This document shows positions 38,015-47,471 of a DNA stretch of 64,000 nucleotides, piece after piece. Each line of letters begins with the position of its first letter. Position 1 is the first letter of the stretch. This DNA comes from Candidatus Levyibacteriota bacterium (GTDB lineage Bacteria > Patescibacteriota > Microgenomatia > Levybacterales > UBA12049). The notes below the pieces were generated by a model that did not search any database, was not told the DNA's origin, and saw only the letters and a program-made list of their open reading frames with translations. A program made the translations under genes and the position numbers. The stretch spans positions 56,353-120,352 of the forward strand of contig CAWBPM010000003.1 of the NCBI GenBank assembly GCA_963790825.1, read 5' to 3'.

Positions 38015-39096
38015 CAGAACAATCAAGATATATAATACTTCCCGGACTCACTGAAGTTCATGCGCATTTAAGAGAACCCGGAGCAACGCATAAAGAGGAT
38101 TTTAGTACCGGTTCGAGAGCTGCAATCGCCGGCGGAATAACGACGGTCCTCGATATGCCGAATAATCCTGTGCCGACTGTCAGTGAGGAAGCTTTAAAAA
38201 ATAAAATTAATCTAACTCGTGGAAGAATATATGCAGACGTTGGGTTTCATTTCGGGGCAACGGAAGAAAGCAGTTATGTTTTTGGCGCAGTAGAAAATAA
38301 AATATTTGGCTATAAAGTCTATATGAATCCGACAACAGGTAACTTACTCGTCGACACAGAAGAGGCAGATGTGGTTTTTGCTATGACTCCCAGAAGTAAA
38401 GTTATTATTGCTCATGCAGAAGGTGAGACACTTAATACTGCTATTGGATTTGCTGAGAAATACAGAAAGAGGCTGCATGTCGCACATGTAAGTACAGCAG
38501 GTGAGGTTAACGCAATTCGTGAAGCAAAAGAAAGAGGAAAAACCAGAATAACAAGCGAGGCAGCTCCCCACCATTTTTATTTAACTGAAAATGATATTCC
38601 GCATTTGGAAATGCCTTCATTTGGCATTATGAAACCGCCGCTTGGTCGGGAATCTGATGTCTTAGCGCTTCGGGAAGGAATGAGAACTGGTGTTATCGAT
38701 ATAGTAGCAACAGACCATGCTCCACATACTCGAGAAGAAAAAGAGTCAGACAAACCGCCTTTTGGCGTTCCCGGACTTGAAACTTCACTTCCTTTGATGC
38801 TTAATCTCGCTGCCCAAGGAGTAATCCCCTTTGAGAAGATAAAAACATTGATGTATGATAATCCGAGGATTATTTTCGCTATTCCTGAGCAAGAAGATAC
38901 CTATATCTATGTTGATCCGGAAGCCAAATACACTATTGATGGCAGTAAATTACAAACTAAAGCAGGTTGGACGCCGTTTGACGGAATGCGGGTACAAGGG
39001 AAAATAGTCAGTGTTACACTTCGCGGGCAGAAGGTTTTTGATGGCGAACAAGTCGTCGGCAAACCAGGAGGCAGAGTTGCTTTACCCAGACGATAG
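38002..39096 (+). CDS. pyrC: Dihydroorotase (amidohydrolase superfamily)
   Basis: LTEVHAHLREPG supplies the metal-binding HxH motif, and ATDHAPH is also present. It overlaps pyrD by 13 bp. Confidence 0.7.
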   Translation: MAGIAEQSRYIILPGLTEVHAHLREPGATHKEDFSTGSRAAIAGGITTVLDMPNNPVPTVSEEALKNKINLTRGRIYADVGFHFGATEESSYVFGAVENKIFGYKVYMNPTTGNLLVDTEEADVVFAMTPRSKVIIAHAEGETLNTAIGFAEKYRKRLHVAHVSTAGEVNAIREAKERGKTRITSEAAPHHFYLTENDIPHLEMPSFGIMKPPLGRESDVLALREGMRTGVIDIVATDHAPHTREEKESDKPPFGVPGLETSLPLMLNLAAQGVIPFEKIKTLMYDNPRIIFAIPEQEDTYIYVDPEAKYTIDGSKLQTKAGWTPFDGMRVQGKIVSVTLRGQKVFDGEQVVGKPGGRVALPRR

Positions 39097-39157
39097 CACG
39101 CACCCCCACACTATACTTTAATTATTTTCATTTTTCCCTCTTGACAACTCATCTGTA

Positions 39158-40282
39158 TTGATGAGCTCTATCCTGTTAAAAATTGCTTTATTTACTCTTT
39201 CCTTGATTGTCGTTGTGCTTTTTGTATTCCCTAGAATTACTGTAAGAGGCGCGTCAGCGTCTCATGTGGTAATTTCAGAAGTTCAGCTGGCAACTGCAAC
39301 CTTGTCTACTGATGAATTCGTTGAATTGTATAATCCTACCCTTACCGATGTTAGTTTAAGTGATTGGCATCTCATTAAACGGACTGCGGCAGGAACACCA
39401 AGTATTCTCGTCGCGACAATGTCGGGAACAATCAAATCTCATGGTTATTTTTTGATAGGCTCATCTGACTATAGTGGTACGGTATCTGCCGACATAACCT
39501 ATTCTAATACTGCAAATTCTCTGGCTGATAATAATACAGTAGTTTTAGGCAATAATCAGAACATAATAATCGATGAGGTGGGATTTGGCTCGGCAATTGC
39601 GAGCGAGACGGCAACAACGACAAACCCAGCAGCTGGCAAAAGTAAAGAAAGGAAAGCGAGCAGTAGTTCTACTAAGGACACGATGAAAATTGGCGGAGTG
39701 GATGAATTTACGGGAAATGGTGAAGATACGGATAATAATGCCAGTGATTTTGTTTTACGTGATATTCCTCAACCGCAAAACAGCCACTCAGCTTTAGAAC
39801 CTGTTTTGTTACCTACTCCGACTAACACGCCCTCCCCAACCAACACACCAACACCGACGCCTACGCTTACGCCAACCCCAACGCCATCAAACACCCCGAC
39901 ATCTACTCCTACTGATACTCCGGTTCCGACAAATACACCTAGCCCAACTCCTACCGATACGCCGACCCCGACACCTACTCAGACGCCGACAGAAACTCCA
40001 ACCGAAACTCCTACCAGTACACCCACACCAACCGACACCCCTATACCAACTGAAACGCCAACGCCAACTGATACGCCGTCTCCTACGCCTACGGAATCAA
40101 TAATGCCCGCTTCTACTTTCACACCAACGCCGACCGTACCTCAGGAGACATTAACACCTACACCAACAAAAATGCCTGTTTTTACACCTTTTCACCTTTC
40201 CTGCACCGTTGAATATAAAACGTTTCGCATTTTCCTGGTCACTATACGCTTCCCACTCATTTCTTGCAAAATAATCAGATAA
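39158..40282 (+). CDS. Secreted protein with lamin-tail domain (LTD) and a long Pro/Thr-rich linker
   Basis: Has an N-terminal signal/TM segment. The LTD signature reads [32 protein letters not shown]....GYFLIG. It is followed by ~95 residues of (P/T/S/N/D/E)TPTPT repeats. Confidence 0.55.
   Translation: MMSSILLKIALFTLSLIVVVLFVFPRITVRGASASHVVISEVQLATATLSTDEFVELYNPTLTDVSLSDWHLIKRTAAGTPSILVATMSGTIKSHGYFLIGSSDYSGTVSADITYSNTANSLADNNTVVLGNNQNIIIDEVGFGSAIASETATTTNPAAGKSKERKASSSSTKDTMKIGGVDEFTGNGEDTDNNASDFVLRDIPQPQNSHSALEPVLLPTPTNTPSPTNTPTPTPTLTPTPTPSNTPTSTPTDTPVPTNTPSPTPTDTPTPTPTQTPTETPTETPTSTPTPTDTPIPTETPTPTDTPSPTPTESIMPASTFTPTPTVPQETLTPTPTKMPVFTPFHLSCTVEYKTFRIFLVTIRFPLISCKIIR
39813..40100 (+). 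repeat. Imperfect tandem ACNCCNAC(N) codon repeats encoding the PT-linker
   Basis: Visible periodic ccnacnccnac pattern in the DNA. It is coding, not a CRISPR array. Confidence 0.6.
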
Positions 40283-40438
40283 ATACTAATATGTTTGCAA
40301 ATAGTTTTTGGGTGTTGACAAGCTACAAAACTGAACTGTAGACTTTAAATAGACTTACGTAATAACCATTTTCACAAGACTCTTCTATGCTTTTTTAACG
40401 GATCTTGTTGCATTACTTAACTAATAATTAGAAGAACT

Positions 40439-41656
40439 ATGTTTTATTTTTCTGAATTACAAGGAAAAAAAGTTATCACGGAAAATAATAAATTCGTCGG
40501 AAAGGTTAAAGATTTTATTTTTCTTGCAAGCGAGTCCCCTCTTATTACCAAAATAGTTGTGCAAAGTACTACAAATAAACGACTTATTATTCCGCTCACC
40601 TTTGTGCAAAAAATAAATCAGGACATAGTACTACAACTTGATTATCAAATCGTCGAGAATGGCAAAGAAAATGAGTTATATATCGTAAGAAATCTTTTGG
40701 ATAAGCAGATTATCGATGTTAAAGGCGGAAAAGTGGTAAGAGTTAATGATGTCGCACTGCAGGATAAGGAAAATAGAGAATATTATATCGCGGGAGTTGA
40801 TGTCGGTTTTCGGGCAGTACTACGCTGGATTCGACTTGAAAAACCCGCATTACCGTTCTACCGGGCGCTTGGTATATACTCTCACCCGCATTTTTTGTCC
40901 TGGGGAGATATTGAACCGCTTGAACTGGCGCTGGGAAAAGTAAAACTGAAAAAAGAGGTAGGAGAATTGGAACGGATGCGCCCTGAGGACTTGGCAGATT
41001 ATCTGGAAAAAACCAATATTCGAAATGTCAACCAAATTGTCAACACGTTAGATGAAGAATTCGCTGCTGATGTTATCGCGGATTTGAATGTTAATTATCA
41101 AACGTCACTTTTCCGTCGCTTCGCCTCTGAAAAAGGCGCAAAACTGGTAGAGCATCTTGATCCTGACGAAGCCGTAGATATTTTATTAACACTTGCCAAA
41201 GAAAAAAGGGAGGAAATCCTGAGTCTCATTTCGCCGGATCAGAAAAAGGAATTAAAAGAACTTATGCACTACGCTAAAACCCCGATCGGAGAACTTATTG
41301 ATCCGGAATTTATTACTATCTCTGCCGAAGATACTATCGGAAGTGCCCTTGAAAAAGTGAAAAGCACAATCACCGATTCTCATTTTTCAGCTTATCTTTA
41401 TGTCATAAATAATAAAAATGAATTGGTCGGAGTACTGGATTTATATAAGTTAATCTTACAAACCCCAGATACTCAAGTTCATAACGTAATGGAGCAAAAT
41501 GTCGTTGTGATCCACTTAACCACGCCAAAAGAAATTGCGACAAAAAAGATGCTTCGTTATAAATTATACGCGCTTCCTGTTATCAATGAAAATAAAAAAA
41601 TGCTTGGTATTGTTTCTTACGACGAATTGGTTGAGGACGTCTTAAAGAAATTATGA
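40439..41656 (+). CDS. Cytoplasmic regulatory protein with PRC-barrel, MgtE-N and tandem CBS domains (MgtE-type soluble part without a membrane domain)
   Basis: Carries ERMRPEDLADYLE...DEEFAADVIADL...LDPDEAVDILL (MgtE_N) followed by two CBS-like modules (ELIDPEFITIS..., LPVINENKKMLGIVSYDEL). There are no TM helices. It ends in TGA, overlapping the next ATG (ATGA). Confidence 0.65.
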   Translation: MFYFSELQGKKVITENNKFVGKVKDFIFLASESPLITKIVVQSTTNKRLIIPLTFVQKINQDIVLQLDYQIVENGKENELYIVRNLLDKQIIDVKGGKVVRVNDVALQDKENREYYIAGVDVGFRAVLRWIRLEKPALPFYRALGIYSHPHFLSWGDIEPLELALGKVKLKKEVGELERMRPEDLADYLEKTNIRNVNQIVNTLDEEFAADVIADLNVNYQTSLFRRFASEKGAKLVEHLDPDEAVDILLTLAKEKREEILSLISPDQKKELKELMHYAKTPIGELIDPEFITISAEDTIGSALEKVKSTITDSHFSAYLYVINNKNELVGVLDLYKLILQTPDTQVHNVMEQNVVVIHLTTPKEIATKKMLRYKLYALPVINENKKMLGIVSYDELVEDVLKKL

Positions 41657-42894
41657 GACTTTTTAAAAACTTAAGAATTAAATTATTCATTATGCTGGCA
41701 GTTATCGGACCCGGTCTTATTACTGCTTTTGCTGATAATGATGCCGGTGGTGTCGCAACTTATTCTGTATCTGCCTCCAGGTTTGGCTATAGCATGCTAA
41801 CCACCCTCATTCCTATTACTATAGTACTTTTTATCACCCAAGAAATTGGTGCCCGCCTGGCTGTAGTTACAGGAAAGGGACTCGGGGATTTGATCCGGGA
41901 ACGTTTCGGAATACGAATGTCACTTCTGATATTTGGTTTGTTATTTTTTGTTAATTTTGGAGTCATTATTCAAGATATGGGAGGACTCAAAGACGGACTT
42001 GGTTTATTTCATCTCAATATGTATCTTTTCCTGCCAATTCTTATCGCTTTTTTATTTTTCTTCATTACGAAAGCATCATATGCAAAAGTGGAAAAGTTCT
42101 TTCTATTTTTAATTTTTTTCTATCTTGCTTATTTTATCTCTGCAATTCTTGCGAAGCCTGATTGGGGACTTGTAGCGAAAGCGCTCGTTGTTCCGCAAGG
42201 AAAAATTTCATTTGGCTATCTTTATACGGCAATTGCGGTACTCGGAACTACGGTTACCGCATGGGGACAATTTTTTATTAACAGTTACGTTAAAGATAAA
42301 AAAATCACGGTTGATAAATTGAAATATAACCGCTGGGAGATTTATTTTGGAGCATTTTTAACTGACCTTTTTTCTCTTTTTATGATGGTAGCCGTTATCG
42401 CAACGATTTGGGCTCATGGTATTAGAATTGGCGGAGCGGCAGATGCCTCGATTGCGATCAGACCGTTCGCCGGAGATTTGGCAGGCGTGATGTTTGGTGC
42501 AGGATTACTAGTTGCCGGGTTTATCGGTGTTGCAATTGTACCACTGGCAACTTCGTATGCGTTTTCAGAGTTTTTCGGGTATGAGGGAAGTTTAGATACC
42601 AACTACAACAAAAGCAGATTATTCTATGGGTTTTTTATTCTCCAGGTGGCACTTGGCATGATCCTGATCTTATTTCCACAAATTTCACTTTTCAAAATAA
42701 CCTTATTTGCAGATTTCTTAAACGGTATTTTCCTGCCGATAATTTTCTTTTTTCTCTATAAATTTGCCAATAGCGAAGACTTAATGGGTAAATATAGAAA
42801 TAACAGGCTGCAAAATATTTTACTGGTTGGATCGGGAATCATTATAACTGCCGCGGCCTTAGTCGGCGGGTTTGGCGAAGTATTCGGACTTTAA
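41653..42894 (+). CDS. Nramp-family divalent metal transporter (MntH-like)
   Basis: The N-terminus reads IGPGLITAFADNDAGGVATYSVSASRFGYSML, a GPG...D(P/N)GN...GY Nramp signature. It has ~11 TM helices. Confidence 0.7.
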   Translation: MRLFKNLRIKLFIMLAVIGPGLITAFADNDAGGVATYSVSASRFGYSMLTTLIPITIVLFITQEIGARLAVVTGKGLGDLIRERFGIRMSLLIFGLLFFVNFGVIIQDMGGLKDGLGLFHLNMYLFLPILIAFLFFFITKASYAKVEKFFLFLIFFYLAYFISAILAKPDWGLVAKALVVPQGKISFGYLYTAIAVLGTTVTAWGQFFINSYVKDKKITVDKLKYNRWEIYFGAFLTDLFSLFMMVAVIATIWAHGIRIGGAADASIAIRPFAGDLAGVMFGAGLLVAGFIGVAIVPLATSYAFSEFFGYEGSLDTNYNKSRLFYGFFILQVALGMILILFPQISLFKITLFADFLNGIFLPIIFFFLYKFANSEDLMGKYRNNRLQNILLVGSGIIITAAALVGGFGEVFGL

Positions 42895-43337
42895 CTTTTT
42901 GAGTTTCTTACTTTATCCAGTGTCTGCTGCATTGCAACAGGATTATCGATAAAAGATAAGCGAGTTTCCGGAGCATGGGTACCTGCCGTATTGACAACAA
43001 GTGTCCCCCATCCGCCCATCTGGTCAAGAGCGTTTTGTTCTACTTCTATATCGGTAATTTGATTATAATCAATACTGGTAATACTTTTTCCTAAAAAAGA
43101 GTCCACGAGAATTACTCTGGAATTCGTAAATGCGAAATGTTTGGCAGTTTTAAGGTACCACGAGTAAAGATAGGCAAGGATAAAAATAAATAGTCCCGGA
43201 TATAGACTGTTAATGCCTACGATAAAACCGACAATGACAATAGCTACAGTGGTAATTAACCGGTAACGCGGACTTATACCAAACTCCGTTTGCACGGTTT
43301 CATTCGCTGCGAGAATAGATTGCCAATTGTAAAGCAT
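42891..43337 (-). CDS. Bacterial PH-domain (bPH_2/YdbT-like) membrane protein
   Basis: Has two N-terminal TM helices and a C-terminal RVILVDSFLGKSITSIDYNQITDIEVEQ pattern. Confidence 0.5.
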   Translation of the reverse strand: MLYNWQSILAANETVQTEFGISPRYRLITTVAIVIVGFIVGINSLYPGLFIFILAYLYSWYLKTAKHFAFTNSRVILVDSFLGKSITSIDYNQITDIEVEQNALDQMGGWGTLVVNTAGTHAPETRLSFIDNPVAMQQTLDKVRNSKS

Positions 43338-43367
43338 AGGAGCTATTTTTACTATACCACAAGTAGG

Positions 43368-43970
43368 TTATTTAAGTCGAGTGAAGCGAAGCTGTAATTT
43401 CCCAATAGTATAGGGTCTCTCGGGAATAAATACATATGTTTTTAAGTCTCTCTCTATACCCCGTCTCTCTGTCCAATTACTATCAAATGTCAGAAAGCTT
43501 TCATTAAGCTCTTCGTCTTTTAGAAATTGTGTTTCAAATACTGATCTATTCCCCAGCAGCCGCGCCTGTAATACATAATTAATCTCCCTAGATTTATCAA
43601 CCCGCTTAGGTTTAACCTGTAGATATTCCAAAGGAATACTCGCTCCGAAATTAACAAAGAGCGATTCATACTCCTCTTCTTTACGAATAAGATCATAATG
43701 CGAAGAGATATTGAAGTATTCAATTGTTTGCGGAGTCAAAATTACTCCTGTCTTAGGAATATCTGCTGATTTTTTGTCGAATACTTCTAAATTACGATGT
43801 AAGCTTATGTTAACCAAACCAATTCCCGGGATCGGAACCCTTGTAACTTTCCCCCGATATTCAGGATCATTATGCTCATAGGGAACGTTTCTTAAGTTAG
43901 GACAGGGAGTAAACCACTGACCTACATACGCTTCCGTTTCAGATGGAGTTCTATAATCTTTTTCCGGCAT
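43368..43970 (-). CDS. Hypothetical protein (no recognisable domain)
   Basis: A 200-aa soluble ORF with a plausible start. It is encoded immediately upstream of the PH-domain gene. Confidence 0.35.
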   Translation of the reverse strand: MPEKDYRTPSETEAYVGQWFTPCPNLRNVPYEHNDPEYRGKVTRVPIPGIGLVNISLHRNLEVFDKKSADIPKTGVILTPQTIEYFNISSHYDLIRKEEEYESLFVNFGASIPLEYLQVKPKRVDKSREINYVLQARLLGNRSVFETQFLKDEELNESFLTFDSNWTERRGIERDLKTYVFIPERPYTIGKLQLRFTRLK

Positions 43971-44029
43971 AGTTATTTAATATCCGGGATTATACACTAT
44001 TTTATGCTAAAAATGCCAATAAGCTCCTC

Positions 44030-44878
44030 TTATAGTTGTGCCAGAACTACACCAACTGCGGCAATTGTGGCTGCGATGAGTTTAATTTTCATATGATCAC
44101 GTTCTTTTAAAAAAGTCACTCCTACCAAAGCAAGGAGAATCGACGAAGCAGCGTATATGGAAAGTGTTTCGGGTATTCTGTTGTATGCCAAGGCTTTCAG
44201 GAGAGAAAAAACTGCTATATTGATAATTACCGCGCTTAGGGCAATTGTTTGCCAATGTTTTTTTAATTCATATTTCATTTCTCTAATTTTCGGTCTGAGA
44301 AAGATAAATTGATTAAGTAACGCGGGTAAAAAGAAACTCAACGCGATAAAGACCACGATTGAAAAGTGATTAATTATTTTTCCTTCTATTGCGATTGCGA
44401 TACCGGTAAAAATTGTATAAAGAACTGCATAGGTAACTCCTTTTAGGGCTGATTTTTTTTGTTTATGCAGATTGATCAGTACGGTCGCAAGCAGCACTAA
44501 TAATAATCCGTAGATCGTTGTTGTACGTATGGCGGATTTAAAAAAATATACGCTGAAAATAACCGCAATGAGATTCATTAAGGGAAAAATACTGGCCAGC
44601 TGGCTTTCTTCTTCGTATTTATAAGCCTTAAACATTAGTGCGTCCGAAACGGCCAAAAATATAATGGCGATCCCGACCAGAACCAGCGTATCCGAGTCCA
44701 GCTGAAAACGTAGTTTATCAAAAGGTAAAAACAGTATGGCCATAAATCCACCCATAATTTCCCACAACACCGTGTAAGCAAAAATATATTTGGTCCTAAG
44801 AAGCGATACCCGTGACAGTGTATCGAAGATTGTGATTGAAAAAAGCGCGGCAAAATTAAACAGATAAAACAAGCTCAT
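44030..44878 (-). CDS. DMT/EamA-like 10-TM transporter (putative)
   Basis: A 282-aa protein with two repeated 4-5 TM halves. Confidence 0.4.
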   Translation of the reverse strand: MSLFYLFNFAALFSITIFDTLSRVSLLRTKYIFAYTVLWEIMGGFMAILFLPFDKLRFQLDSDTLVLVGIAIIFLAVSDALMFKAYKYEEESQLASIFPLMNLIAVIFSVYFFKSAIRTTTIYGLLLVLLATVLINLHKQKKSALKGVTYAVLYTIFTGIAIAIEGKIINHFSIVVFIALSFFLPALLNQFIFLRPKIREMKYELKKHWQTIALSAVIINIAVFSLLKALAYNRIPETLSIYAASSILLALVGVTFLKERDHMKIKLIAATIAAVGVVLAQL

Positions 44879-45104
44879 TAAGAAAAGTATAACACCTACA
44901 AATAACTTCTTGCATAATTCTTATGTTCTTATTATATTTATATCAAATGCTGATTGTTTACGTTACTCTATATTCGTTATGTACAGAAAGTGTGAATAAT
45001 AATAGAGACAATGAGCTACTAAAAGAGACATCCTAAAATCAAGGCATAAGCATTTTAGAAACATTTATTGTTGCTAAGTCGCATTTAGTAACGCCTATTT
45101 CTCC

Positions 45105-45135
45105 TTGACAAAGCTGCTGTGTATATTTATATAAT
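45105..45135 (+). promoter_or_regulatory. Strong sigma70-type promoter
   Basis: TTGACA (45105-45110), then a 17-nt spacer, then TATATAAT (45128-45135), lying 19 nt upstream of the ATG at 45154. Confidence 0.5.
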
Positions 45136-45153
45136 GAAATTACACTCTCAATT

Positions 45154-45906
45154 ATGGAATCAACTGAACAGGAGTTAATGTCTATAGGTAAGACTATCGA
45201 TAATGCCAAAAATGATTCATCAGTACCAGCTGAAGTAAATTCACCTATGGTTTCTGTTGCTTTCAGTAGCATGTTTACTTTAGTAACAACATTCTTTACA
45301 GGTATTCTTATCAATAACGATAATTATTTCTCATATCTTAAACAATGTAAATGTGATCCTCTATCAATAGATATGCCAATATTGCTAATGATAATAAGTA
45401 CTTTTGGATTTCTTTATGCAACATTAATTTATGCTAATATAAATGGTCTTCTCATAAAACATGAGAAGAGAAGGGCATTAAGAGGTGCAACTTTAGGAAA
45501 TATCTTATCAGAGTATTTTGGAGTTTACCTGGTTATTCTGTCTATACCATTGATTATTAGTATTGTTTCTAATAATCCATTGTTAAATATAGTAACCATT
45601 ATTGTTAATTCATTTGGGTTAGTTATTTATCATCTTTCTGGTTTTTCGCTTATGAGCAGGCATTTTGGAGAGATAGAACATTTTATTTATGTTGTAATAA
45701 TTATTGTATTTGAGTTAGCGTTATTTTCCGAACAACATTTAGTCATGACTTCTAATACTTTAAGTAAGATAAGTATAAATTTAATTTACTTTAGTACAAC
45801 TATAGATTTATCTCTTTTTGCTCTAACTACATGCCTGTCAATAGCATTTATAAGTTATCTTGCATTTAAGGCATATATTGATAATGAGAAAAAGCCATAT
45901 AACTAA
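45154..45906 (+). CDS. Hypothetical multi-TM membrane protein (very AT-rich gene)
   Basis: A 250-aa protein with ~6 hydrophobic helices. Local GC content is well below the window average. Confidence 0.4.
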   Translation: MESTEQELMSIGKTIDNAKNDSSVPAEVNSPMVSVAFSSMFTLVTTFFTGILINNDNYFSYLKQCKCDPLSIDMPILLMIISTFGFLYATLIYANINGLLIKHEKRRALRGATLGNILSEYFGVYLVILSIPLIISIVSNNPLLNIVTIIVNSFGLVIYHLSGFSLMSRHFGEIEHFIYVVIIIVFELALFSEQHLVMTSNTLSKISINLIYFSTTIDLSLFALTTCLSIAFISYLAFKAYIDNEKKPYN

Positions 45907-45968
45907 GCTTATTCTTTTCCAACACTCACCTTGCACATTTTAACCTTTGCTGAATGATTTTAATGAGT

Positions 45969-46520
45969 CTATTTTTCAATGGTTGGTATTAACTTGACAT
46001 TTTTTTTTACAGATTGCAAGGTATATATCTTGTTATGAGCATTCAAGCTTTTTTCGAGCCATAACCTATTAACATTCGGATAGTTCTCTCCGAAATAATT
46101 GATTTTATAATCTATGACTTTATATCCCAGCTTAAAAAAAATATAGAGACTATTATAATTAAATGGATCTGTTGTTGCGTTTATTTGAGTGATAGAGTCA
46201 TGTTTATGTGCAATTTCTTCGACATAATTTAGCAATGAAGTTCCCAAACCTTTTTTGCGATGATCTAAGTGTACTACTATACTGTCAATATAAATACTAC
46301 TTTTTTTAAGCTCAAACCAAATATAGGCAATGAGTTTGTCTTCTATGAAAAAGCCTCGAAAAACATTTCCTTTATTGTAAGCAGCTTGAACTTCTGTTAA
46401 GGACAAATGTGGGGGGGGATTTAAGGGTGGTGTATCATTTTTTTGAAACATTCCAATCTCATCTAGGTCTATGAGTTGTTTTAAATCATTATAATTAAGT
46501 GTTCTTGTTTGATAAGGCAT
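45969..46520 (-). CDS. GNAT-family N-acetyltransferase
   Basis: Carries IVVHLDHRKKGLGTSLL, the R/Q-x-x-G-x-G/A acetyl-CoA motif. Confidence 0.7.
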   Translation of the reverse strand: MPYQTRTLNYNDLKQLIDLDEIGMFQKNDTPPLNPPPHLSLTEVQAAYNKGNVFRGFFIEDKLIAYIWFELKKSSIYIDSIVVHLDHRKKGLGTSLLNYVEEIAHKHDSITQINATTDPFNYNSLYIFFKLGYKVIDYKINYFGENYPNVNRLWLEKSLNAHNKIYTLQSVKKNVKLIPTIEK

Positions 46521-46537
46521 ATAATTAAAGTGACAAT

Positions 46538-47245
46538 TTAAGAAATAAAGGCTTTTTCTAGTGTTGCATCAGCTAATATTTTTATTGAATCAAAGAGTTG
46601 ACTGGATATCTCTTCTTTTTTAATTGCTACTGGCAATTCAGTACAACCAAGAATTATTCCGTCAACTCCGTCTTTCTCCATCTCCCTGACTTGTTTAAGC
46701 AGTTTTTCTTTATGTCCATCAGGATTTTTACCTCCCATAATATTAAGAATGAGATCTGTACACGTTGTAATCAAATCTTCATTAGGTGAATAGCACAGTA
46801 TATTCACTTTTTGAAAATGAGTATAATACAAATTTTTTTCATATGCTATTTTTGAAGAAAGGATTGCAACGTATTTTCGTTGATCTTTTATTACGCGTGC
46901 AACTACCTCTTGAATAAGGTTAATAATCGGAACGTTTACTTCTGATTGTAGTTTTTCAATATGCCCATGAGCGGAGTTGCACGGTATGACAATAATTTGA
47001 GCACCTGCATTTTCAAGCATTTTTATGCCACGTTTTAGCTGTTTTAAAATAACATCATCGTTAGTATCTACGCCATATTCCGTTGTACCGACAACAGGTA
47101 AGGAGTTAATAATAATATGAGGAAAATCCGCATCTTGCACGGCGGAATACTTTTTTTGGGCGACAGTAAGTAACACTTGATAAAAGTGTGCTGTAGCCAC
47201 AGGACCTATACCTCCTAAGACTCCAATGGTCTTAAATCTCTTCAT
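46538..47245 (-). CDS. Asp/Glu racemase-family protein (aspartate racemase-like)
   Basis: Carries GVLGGIGPVAT...VIPCNSAH...GIILGCTELP, giving two Cys-containing catalytic motifs. Confidence 0.7.
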   Translation of the reverse strand: MKRFKTIGVLGGIGPVATAHFYQVLLTVAQKKYSAVQDADFPHIIINSLPVVGTTEYGVDTNDDVILKQLKRGIKMLENAGAQIIVIPCNSAHGHIEKLQSEVNVPIINLIQEVVARVIKDQRKYVAILSSKIAYEKNLYYTHFQKVNILCYSPNEDLITTCTDLILNIMGGKNPDGHKEKLLKQVREMEKDGVDGIILGCTELPVAIKKEEISSQLFDSIKILADATLEKAFIS

Positions 47246-47471
47246 AAGATTGTTGACCTATAGTCTATAGTGTGTCTGATTAAAAGTCAAGCCTAGTAAA
47301 TTTTATTCTTTCTTTAGTTATACAGGTATAAAGATGGAAAAGCAAGTAATTTTTTATTCAAGTTATCTGTCTTAATGGAAAAAGTGAAGAAAAATATCCT
47401 AATCATTTTGAACCCTATATGTACCGAAACAACTATTACTGTTTAATAAATATATTTGGGGAATAAAGTGT

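Noticed and set aside
39813-40100. Highly periodic ACNCCNAC DNA repeats that might be mistaken for a CRISPR array or minisatellite
   Set aside because: They are in frame and encode a Thr/Pro linker. There are no uniform repeat and spacer units and no cas genes, so this is coding low-complexity sequence. The same applies to ~50990-51180 inside the GH26-dockerin gene.
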